Source: Thermoplasmata archaeon (GTDB taxonomy: Archaea > Thermoplasmatota > Thermoplasmata > GCA-020350865). Taken from it: a stretch of DNA of 55,178 nt. Shown here in pieces: positions 45,801 to 53,900 of this stretch; the first letter of the stretch is position 1, and each line of letters starts with the position of its first letter. The stretch spans positions 896,138-951,315 of the forward strand of contig CP070751.1 of NCBI GenBank assembly GCA_020348445.1. Direction: 5' to 3'. The position numbers were made by a program, and so were the translations under genes. The notes beneath the pieces are model-generated. The model did not search any database and was not told where the DNA came from. It was given only the letters and a program-made list of their open reading frames with translations.

Positions 45801-47685
45801 GTCTTTCGCTGTCTGATACCTCCTGCTGGTTCAGAATCAGTGTTTTTCCCACCCAGTTGCTCACGCGAATAATGGCATGATAGCCATAATCAAAGGGCCT
45901 TCTGTCGTCCTCACCAGTATTCTTGAAATTACTGTAGTTACCTCCAGGTGCGAACCAAGATGTTCCATTGAACAGAATATCCACATCCTCAAGGAGATCT
46001 TTTAGAAGGGGTGGTGCCACTTGTGAGGCCGGGTAATCATCTACATCGTCGTCAGGAGCGCCACTGTTATCAGGGGGATATGATTCGTCGGCATGATAGA
46101 AAAGGTATTCTCTCCAGAATCTTCCTCCGTATGCGGGATCGGTGGGGTTGTTTGCGTCAGAATCATCAGGATGGATATAATAAACATTCTCGTCAGTTAT
46201 CTTGGGATGAACAATAAACCAGTAATATATATCCCTGGGAAGTTCTCGTTGTATAATATTTCCGGGCTCTCCGAATTTGTATCTTGTGGTTGTGTAATCG
46301 TCCTTCTCTATGACCTCCACATAATCCAGATACTGGTCGATTTCGTAGATCAGCTCGGCATTGTCTACCAACAGCTGACTTTGGTTCTGGCCCATTGATT
46401 TTAGATTCTCAGCGGGCATGTGGGCCATGGCAAAGCCGATTTCGTCTTTGTAAATTGCGGCCGAGTTCAAAATGAGGTCCGCATACCTGTTTTGTTGGTA
46501 TTCACCTCTGTAATTTAGCATGACCTCCTTGGGGTAGTACATATAGCCCTCGGCCACCTGGTAAGAGCTCCATATCAGCCATTGGGCATTTGACGCAGAT
46601 CCTGAGTTTGAGTAGTAAAACACCCTGCCTGAGTTGCCTCCAATTAAAAGATCTAGTCTGCCATCACCGTTTAGGTCCGCTACTGCAGGTGAGGTGCCGT
46701 ACTCGGGAGAGACACCGCTGTAATAGGTCATGTCCTCCGTCCAGATCTCCTGTTCACTTGAACCTATGTTTCTATAGTAGTAAAGGGTTGCGAAATCCCC
46801 ATCACCCACTGACAAATCGAAATCACCGTCATCGTCCATGTCTGCCAGACAGACAGGTCTATCATCATCCTCTCCTGTATAAATTCGATACGAATACTCC
46901 CATATAATTATATCATTACCTGTGTTTTCAAAGAAATTTATATAACCATCTGTGGTGCCCGCTGCCAAATCGAAGTCCCCGTCAGCGTCAAGGTCTGCGA
47001 GTGATGGGTAGTTAGCTGATTCTCCTAAGCCATAATGACCAGTTATATCTCCGAATTTCGGATCCAACGATGATCCTGAATTGTTGAGGAGATAGAGATC
47101 CCCTTCGTGATATCCCACTAAAATATCGTTGTCACCATCGTCGTCTATATCTGCGATGGTTGGCGATGTTCTGCTGACATCCTGAAGATAAAGTGTATTT
47201 ACGCGAGAGTAAAGCGTGTCGTTCATTATAAAAATTGGCCTGCTTTTTGTCCCCACATTTTCAAAGTAATACAAGGGTCCTGCTTCAGAACCCAAGGTGA
47301 GGTCCAAATCCCCGTCAGCATCCATATCTGCGAATGCTGGGGCTGCGTAATCCCCCACATCTATTGTTGTGTCCCCAAGCTCCCCGAACTTCTTTGCCAA
47401 ATCCTCATACAACCAGTCTGGAACCTGGGTTAATGCATCCTTTGCCTTTTGTGTGAGGCCGGTTTCTAGGGAGGGCAGCGCCATTTCGATTATGGTACCA
47501 GATTCCCTGTCAAAGTAGGCATAGTATTCCCCCCCGGGAGGGATTTCAATGGTCTTTGATATGGTTTGGATATTTTCCCAGGGGGCTTCTGCTGAGGCAG
47601 TTGGAATAATATTTATAATGGATAGTGTGGCGAGGACCATTGATACTGTAATTCCTATTATTGTCACGTGTTTTTTTATGCCCAC
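42880..47685 (-). CDS. Surface protein with FG-GAP repeats, a transglutaminase-like catalytic domain, Ig (Big_7-like) repeats and a C-terminal TM
   Basis: P.[FLIV]AD.D.DGD.DL repeats; GNCGE (Cys), DHVWIEF (His), WHQWD (Asp) triad; repeated P.I.I..P...G.A.DN...W.Y.WDT..L; C-terminal TM. Confidence 0.88.
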   Translation of the reverse strand: MGIKKHVTIIGITVSMVLATLSIINIIPTASAEAPWENIQTISKTIEIPPGGEYYAYFDRESGTIIEMALPSLETGLTQKAKDALTQVPDWLYEDLAKKFGELGDTTIDVGDYAAPAFADMDADGDLDLTLGSEAGPLYYFENVGTKSRPIFIMNDTLYSRVNTLYLQDVSRTSPTIADIDDDGDNDILVGYHEGDLYLLNNSGSSLDPKFGDITGHYGLGESANYPSLADLDADGDFDLAAGTTDGYINFFENTGNDIIIWEYSYRIYTGEDDDRPVCLADMDDDGDFDLSVGDGDFATLYYYRNIGSSEQEIWTEDMTYYSGVSPEYGTSPAVADLNGDGRLDLLIGGNSGRVFYYSNSGSASNAQWLIWSSYQVAEGYMYYPKEVMLNYRGEYQQNRYADLILNSAAIYKDEIGFAMAHMPAENLKSMGQNQSQLLVDNAELIYEIDQYLDYVEVIEKDDYTTTRYKFGEPGNIIQRELPRDIYYWFIVHPKITDENVYYIHPDDSDANNPTDPAYGGRFWREYLFYHADESYPPDNSGAPDDDVDDYPASQVAPPLLKDLLEDVDILFNGTSWFAPGGNYSNFKNTGEDDRRPFDYGYHAIIRVSNWVGKTLILNQQEVSDSERPIQPVRIAHHHNGNCGELQDLTTAAARTALIPAAGILLLGEDHVWIEFYENGWHQWDNYWSDGGSVIDNFDNYWVGWGQRGGSGITKHVGDDDAFEVTDHYIPQDNISHVTIHVMDNNGDPVDGARVIVLSYWMKADISGYQVEIPFPCIWNYTDSNGNALFKLATQQGPNGNKNFTFKIISKVGSAESGKMELQHGWDYTFMFSLEGAAPNPILDADNQPNPNPSDPRFRLGINYQVISGTQHPRNLLTGNYHPEEIPPLRIPRPSIDDHQGNHIDSFIATDEEFVNFRAGYNFQSYEYTQNLNSRSFEFDLPDDYNYYFVLSNRDSIETTKVIKLTFELYYNPPSHTVKIVTPGDGSQLNIGDVISISGIVSNETDLVSLRLSTDSGTTWKYPTRTDNQWVYEWNTGSLDEGSYTIEVEADYGSTQSSDSIEVDLVDKEPPDINILNPTEYSQVNIGQTITISGTAFDNAEIESLLLSTDYGISWIDILPSLHNGQWSYDWITDDLSLDSYVIQILANDGTNRKLISSWECIELVDGVAPSVSISNPIQGADINIGTRVIISGTAYDNKDVTSLRLSTDGGQNYTDILSNLIGTSWSYEWDTTGLPLGHRTLVVDASDGKNNSTDSVDIELVDLEEPIISINYPPDDSDFNVGSQITISGEAKDNVALQNLRLSTDGGNTWEDILPRLSGGHWSYDWDTSECALGMHSIIVRGSDGQYLASDYLYIDLTDMNPPSVTITSPLDNENFNPGDTILVTGTAYDNQRISELKLSFDNQETWISILPSLDNGDWQYSWDTNGLISGDYTITVLVSDGINEPVYTSVEIDLRDSEDPILQITAPTDKFQYQIGEVVTISGTAFDKTGISDISISLDDKETWIDILYTLDENGQWEYVWETDDYDDGIYKIHIRISDGTNEVSDSLTIVLLDEETEGDSKEGFSLSALWWLIILVVVVVLAAIAAFVGYKITRKKAK

Positions 47686-47913
47686 TAACTTGGCCTCCTT
47701 ATACGACTTAAAATCACCTCAGCATACCGCACTTGGATAATATATGGGCCTTACTATTCAATCTGTTATGAATTAATGTATACATAACTATATATTTATT
47801 TGCTTTGGATTAAGATATTGCCCTTATATTCAGTCCTGAGTGGGTATCTTACCTGGTGAAAAATAAACCACAGCCTTTAAATGGTAGATTTACCATTCCC
47901 TTCGGGGATTCAT

Positions 47914-48213
47914 ATGAGTTATGCCATATTCAGTGTTGAGAAAACTCAGGCGAGCAAGATCAACAAGATACTCAAGGATGATCTCATCTCTAGACAGAGC
48001 ATCTCGGTGAGAGACGCAAAGGCCCTGAGCATCGAAAAGGATGTTCGATACGTGCTCATAGAAGGGACAGACGAGGCAATAGCAAAGGCTGACGAACTAT
48101 TTTCTGAAGTGGGCAAAAAAGAGGACGAAGAGGAAGCAAAGAACATCTATGACAAAATAAAAAGCGAGGAAAGCGATGTTGCCACAGGAGTGGGAATGAT
48201 ATTTGGGGATTGA
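47914..48213 (+). CDS. Conserved-looking hypothetical archaeal protein
   Basis: DDLISRQSI..RDAK.L...YVLIEG..EA..KA.EL; GGGGA RBS before ATG 47914. Confidence 0.7.
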   Translation: MSYAIFSVEKTQASKINKILKDDLISRQSISVRDAKALSIEKDVRYVLIEGTDEAIAKADELFSEVGKKEDEEEAKNIYDKIKSEESDVATGVGMIFGD

Positions 48214-48247
48214 TGTCGGTCTTATTACCATTTCACAGGAAAACAAA

Positions 48248-48928
48248 TCACCTGAGACCAGCATGCACTAAAAAGCCTTCGTTTGTTATATCCACGAGCT
48301 GTTTTCCAGTAACATGCTTTGTACCCCGCATTTTTAGAACCTCAAGGAACTTGCGTCGAACAGCCTTTTCCTCTGGATAGGAGAGCAGGATAATTCCGTC
48401 CACCATGTACCCTTCTAGACTTTTGGGAATCTCGTTGTAGGAAAGCTCTGCTGTGATTATGGATATGCAGTTGAAGCCCTTTAAGAATTCAAAAAGGTCA
48501 TGTAAAAATTCTCTTGTAACGCCCTTTTCATCAAGGGCTGCTTTTATGGGTGTGATGGGATCTATCACGACCCTTTGAGGCTCGTACCTTTCCACGAATT
48601 GTTTGATTCTGGGCAATAATTTCCCAGGTTCCTCGAAAAAGCTCTTTCTTATCTCCAAAAAAAGTATTTTCTCCTTATCGATGGCTGCCTCATCATAGAA
48701 TGTGAACTCCGATAAAAACTTCTGCACCACCCACCTGGGCTCCGAAATCGCTGTTATATAAATGCCAACCTCACCCTTTTTTGCACCGTAGAAAAGGGTC
48801 TGGACAGCTAGGGTCGTTTTTCCGGTTCCAGGCTCCCCCCCTATCAAAACCGTTGATGGAACAGGAAATCCCCCTGAAATGAGCTTGTCCAAACCGACAA
48901 TTCCGGTTTCTCTTCTCATTATGGTCAT
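48248..48928 (-). CDS. Single-domain KaiC/RAD55-like RecA-superfamily ATPase
   Basis: TGIVGLD.LI.GGFP, Walker A GEPGTGKT, RVVIDPI, DGII.L, LEVLKMRGT.H. Confidence 0.92.
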   Translation of the reverse strand: MTIMRRETGIVGLDKLISGGFPVPSTVLIGGEPGTGKTTLAVQTLFYGAKKGEVGIYITAISEPRWVVQKFLSEFTFYDEAAIDKEKILFLEIRKSFFEEPGKLLPRIKQFVERYEPQRVVIDPITPIKAALDEKGVTREFLHDLFEFLKGFNCISIITAELSYNEIPKSLEGYMVDGIILLSYPEEKAVRRKFLEVLKMRGTKHVTGKQLVDITNEGFLVHAGLR

Positions 48929-49156
48929 TTAGTTTGACCCCCTAAGAGGGGTGTTTAGGTCAATCTTTCCCCTTCATTCCTTGATTCCAGTTGACATTAT
49001 TATAACAATACATATCGGTTCGTATTCTTATATCTTTTTATGTAATTATTTTCATCCGATATTGAACTTAAAAGTTGGTTTTTCTTCTGTATATCAAGCC
49101 ATTTATGCGGACATTAAACATATATATCTACACAGCTATTTTCCTTGGGTGATGAT

Positions 49157-49924
49157 ATGGAGAAGGAAATCAAATTTCGCGAGATTGCACCCTTGGATTG
49201 CTCAAGATCCATGGTTATAGTGAGCTTCCCCTCACCAGGATTGGTGGGAAGCCTGGCGGCAAGCTATATGGTCCGTTCATTAAAACTTGGGCGGGTTGGA
49301 ACCTTTTCTTCCGACGATTTTGTACCCACAGCCGTAATCTACGATGGAGTGCCTTCCCCTCCTGTGCGGGTGTTCGGCGGAAAGAGGGAGTGCGCCCCCG
49401 ACGAGCTTTGTAATGAAATCCTAGTTATCATGTCCGAGCTTCCTGTTCCATTGGGTATGATAAAATCCATGAGCGATGTCATTTTAAATTGGTGCGGTGA
49501 CAAAAACGCAAACATGATAGTCACTTTGGAGGGAGCAAACACCCCGCTTCTTCCAGACCAAGAGCCCAAGGTGTACGCAGTGGGAACAACCGATAAGGCC
49601 AGAGAAATGATTTCGAAGCACAAAATAGAACCCCTAACCGAGGGAATGGTTGGTGGGATATCAGGAGTCCTTCTTTACGAAGGTGAAGAAAAGGAAAAGG
49701 ATGTTCTCTGTCTCATGGCTGAGGCCAATATCGAGCTTCCAGGAGCCATGGGAGCCGCTAAACTCGTTGAGATAATAAGCAGGATGCTACCCGAGTTGAA
49801 AATCGATCCCAAACCACTTTTCGAGGAAGCCAAACAATTGGAAGATCAAATTAAAAACGCTTTAAAGGCAGCTTCGCCCTTGCCTCCAGAAGATAGGGAG
49901 GTTCCTCCTGGATTGTACGGATGA
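49157..49924 (+). CDS. PAC2-family proteasome assembly chaperone (PbaA/PbaB-like)
   Basis: FPSPGLVGSLAA, P.PPVR.F, G.V.GISG.LL, P.A..AA.L.E, ID.KPL.EEA..LE; C-terminal LYG (HbYX-like). Confidence 0.88.
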   Translation: MEKEIKFREIAPLDCSRSMVIVSFPSPGLVGSLAASYMVRSLKLGRVGTFSSDDFVPTAVIYDGVPSPPVRVFGGKRECAPDELCNEILVIMSELPVPLGMIKSMSDVILNWCGDKNANMIVTLEGANTPLLPDQEPKVYAVGTTDKAREMISKHKIEPLTEGMVGGISGVLLYEGEEKEKDVLCLMAEANIELPGAMGAAKLVEIISRMLPELKIDPKPLFEEAKQLEDQIKNALKAASPLPPEDREVPPGLYG

Positions 49925-50093
49925 TCAACTGTGGAATTGTAAATATCTAAGAATGCATCCATTATAAGATCTTGAACGAACCATCAAATATAGCCTCTCT
50001 TCATCAATCAGAATTAAATGAAATCCTGTTTCGTATTAAAAAGATTTATAATCTTAAAGATGAATACCCCGAGAGAAAATGGGGGAGTGTAAT

Positions 50094-50831
50094 ATGTTCA
50101 AAGCTAAAATTAAATCAGAGACATTAAGAGAAGTTGTGGATGTTATCTCGGCATTGGTGGATGAGGCAAAGTTCAATATCAAGGGGGATGGAATCAGCCT
50201 CCGGGCAGTGGATCCCGCCCATGTCGCCATGCTTGATTTGGTGCTTCAAAAGAAGGGATTTGAGGAGTACAAGGCAAAGGAATGTGAATTGGGTGTGGAT
50301 ATCGATAAGTTAAAAGAAGTTCTGAAGCTTGCCGGTCCGAGTGATATATTTTCAATTGAGCACGATGAGGACAAGAACAGGTTGATTTTGGATGTTGGCA
50401 ACATCACAAGAAAAATGGCCCTTGTGGATACTGCAGGCATGTCGGATCCAAAGGTTCCAAATCTAAATCTTCCCGCAAAATTGACTGTTGAAACAAATGA
50501 ACTCAAAAGAGGCCTTCGCGCAGCCGAGGCTGTATCAGATCATGTAGCCCTGATTGCATCCTCAGAGAGTTTCGAGATGGTCTCAGAAGGGGATACCGAT
50601 TCAGTGAACCTCAAGCTCCCGAAAGCACTGTTAAAGGACCTGGACTGCAAGGAGAATCAAAAGAGCCTTTTTTCATTGGATTACTTCTCAACCATGATCA
50701 AGGCAACTGGAAGCGCCAATGAGGTAACCCTGTATCTTGGCACAGATTATCCTATCAATCTGGAGTTCGATATAGCAAGCGGAAACGGACATGTAAAATA
50801 TCTTTTGGCTCCGAGGATTGAAAGCGAGTGA
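50094..50831 (+). CDS. pcn: DNA polymerase sliding clamp PCNA
   Basis: MFKAKI, LVDEAKF, LRAVDPAHVAM, GVDI..L..VLK, S.FSLDYF, LGTDYPI.LEF, YLLAPRIE. Confidence 0.97.
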   Translation: MFKAKIKSETLREVVDVISALVDEAKFNIKGDGISLRAVDPAHVAMLDLVLQKKGFEEYKAKECELGVDIDKLKEVLKLAGPSDIFSIEHDEDKNRLILDVGNITRKMALVDTAGMSDPKVPNLNLPAKLTVETNELKRGLRAAEAVSDHVALIASSESFEMVSEGDTDSVNLKLPKALLKDLDCKENQKSLFSLDYFSTMIKATGSANEVTLYLGTDYPINLEFDIASGNGHVKYLLAPRIESE

Positions 50832-50951
50832 GGTTCAACCACAACAATTTACTTTTTTTTCTGTAAATACTGCAAGGAAAAATGTCAGCAAGTGCAATGC
50901 TTAAAATGAGACAAATATAAATTGCTCCAATCTTTGCTCGCAAGCTGTCAT

Positions 50952-53900
50952 TCAGCTATCCTTTGGATAGCAGACCTTGGAAAAGGATTTTCTCTCAAGC
51001 TCTATTGTTCCGTTTGCAGCCATTTTTCTTACATGGTAATTGGCAAGTTGGCTGGATATTCCATTTACAGCGGCAATGTCTTTTACAGATATCCCTGGGC
51101 TATCCTTTATGCTCTTTAAAATCGCTTCGTAGATGCTGGGATTCTTGACACCGTTTCCGGGTATCTTGACACCTTGGGGATAAAAGTACTTATGGGTTCC
51201 GTCATTCCAGGATTTTACAAGTCCCTCCCGTTCAAGCACCTTCAAGTGGTATGTGAGAGTGCCGTTGTTAAGATCCAGATTCTTTTTTATTGTGCTGTAG
51301 TTATCTCCTGGATTCACCTTTATATACCCAAATATCTGCCCTCTAATGAAGTGGTCGAGCACATCCTTTTTCGTGATCTTGGTGTAAAGGGGCAAGAATA
51401 TCAGGCTCAAAAGTGCGAATTTGCCCACCTCGGTTAATGCAAATAGTGAAAGCCCGATTATGGTTCCTATGGCCACGAGAATTGCCCATGGAAAGGGGCT
51501 CGGAGTCTCGCTTACCTTATCTGGATTATCCACTAACACCGTAATCTCCTCTACTTCAGATTCGTCCTTTCCCTTATTTGGGCTTGTATATATATGATGT
51601 TCACCGTTTTTTAGGTTTTTGGTGTCCAATTCATATGCCCAATATGATGTTCCATCCTCGGATTCTACAAGGTTTGCCTCTTTCCATTCCCCGTCATCGA
51701 TTTTTATCCACATGGTTTCGATTTCCACGTTTTCATCGGGATTAGAGGTTTGAATTCGGATTTCTATTTCTCCATCCAGGATTTCCCCTTCATCTATGTT
51801 CAATATCTCATGTTCGGGCGGGGAATTATCCACAAGGACCTCTATGATATCATCATTGTCATCCTTGCCGTCATAAACAATTGCCCTGATATCATGCCAT
51901 CCGTCATCCACCTCTGTGGTATCCCATTCGTAGTACCACCACTGCCCTAAACGATCGGTATGATTGTAGGTGGCATTCCTTAAAGGACCGCCATCGATTC
52001 TAACCCAGACGTTTTCAATATCATCATCTCCGTCATGATCCCATGCCAACATCCAGATGACGATGGTACCATTTACTGTTGAGCCGTGGTCAGGTTCCAC
52101 GATAACTATGCCAGGTATACGGTTTTCTGGTAAGTTATCCACAAAGACCTCTATGATGTCATGTCCGTCATCCTTGCCGTCATAAACTGTTGCCCTGATG
52201 GAATGCCATCCATTTTCTACTTCTGTGGTGTCCCATTCATAGTACCACCATTGTCCTTCACTGTCCGTGTGATCATAAGTTGCCTCACGTAAATGTCCGC
52301 CATCGATTCTTACCCAGACATTCTCAATGTCGTCGTTTCCGTCCTCATCCCAGGCCACCATCCAGATAACAATTGTACCACTTACAGTAGCTCCGTCCTC
52401 AGGTTCTATTATTTCGATTCCTGGTGCATGGTTCTCTCCCTCATTGTCGACGATGATCTCTATTATATCATGACCATCATCTTCACCATCATAGACAGAA
52501 GCCCTGATGGAATGCCATCCGTCATCCACCTCTGTGGTATCCCATTCGTAGTACCACCACTGACCTTCGGCATCGGTATGGTTGTAGGTTGCATTTCTGA
52601 GATGTCCACCATCGATTCTTACCCAGACATTTTCGATATCGTCCAGTCCGTCCGGATCCCATGCAAGCATCCATATAACGATAGTACCGCTAACGGTGGC
52701 ACCGTGATCTGGCTCCATTATTTTAATTTGTGGAGCATGGTTCTCCTCGGAGTCGTTGTCAACGTACACCTCGATTACATCATCTGCCCAATATTCCCCG
52801 TCTGTTGTTTTGGCATAAATATGATGCCAACCATTTTCCTCAGAGGTTGTGTCCCACTCATAGACCCACCATGAGCCCTCATCATCTATCTCCACAAATG
52901 TGGCTTCATCCCAATCACCACCGTCTATCTTGACCCAAACCTGCTGTATCTCCTCATTATCGTCAGGGTCCCAGGCGCAGATCCATATGTTGACCAAACC
53001 CCCCACAGTTGCTCCATCTTCTGGCTCAACTATGGCAATGCCTGGTGGGTGGTTCTCCTCCTCGTTATCTACTAAAACCTCTATTACATCATGACCGTCA
53101 TCTTGACCATCATAAACGATGGCCGTGATATCATGCCATCCATCCTCCACCTCGGTTGTGTCCCACTCATAGTACCACCACTGCCCCTCTCCATTTGTGT
53201 GGTTGTATGTGGCATTTCTGAGTTCTCCTGAATCGATTCTCACCCAGACATTTTCGATATCATCGTTTCCATCCTCGTCCCAGGCCACCATCCATATCAC
53301 TATTGTGCCACTGACAGTGGAGCCATGACCGGGTTCAACTATCTCGATTCCAGGGGCATGATTCTCTTCCACGTTGTCCACGAGAACCTCGATTACATCA
53401 TGACCATCATCCTTTCCATCGTATACTATGGCTCTGATGTGATGCCATCCGTCCTCCACTTCTGTTGTATCCCACTCATAGTACCACCATTGCCCCTCTC
53501 CATTCGTATGGTTGTAGGTGGCGTTTCTGAGTTCCCCATTGTCGATCTTCACCCAGACTTCTTCGATGTCGTCGTTTCCATCTTCATCCCAGGCCACCAT
53601 CCATATTGTGATGGTTCCACTTACTGTACTTCCTCCATCAGGCTCTACTATCGTAATACCAGGGGGATGGTTTTCTTGAACATTATCAACCAAAACCTCG
53701 ATTGTATCACTTGCATCATCTGTGCCGTCGTAAGTGATTGCAGTTATACCATGCCATCCGTCCTCGACCTCAGTTGTGTCCCATTCGTAGTACCACCACT
53801 GCCCTTCTCCGTTTGTGTGGTTGTAGGTGGCGTTTCTGAGTTCCCCAGAGTCTATTCTCACCCAGACCTCCTGAATCTGGTCATTTCCATCTGGATCCCA

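Noticed and set aside
48248-48928. Circadian KaiC clock
   Set aside because: Single domain, no Ser-Thr phosphosite pair, no kaiA or kaiB; such ATPases are common in archaea.
27030-50093. Longer ORF-track starts for the S8 protease (27071), pnp (33220), 47881, PAC2 (49145) and PCNA (50079)
   Set aside because: Downstream ATGs have better RBS spacing and match family N-termini; the extensions look like untranslated leader.
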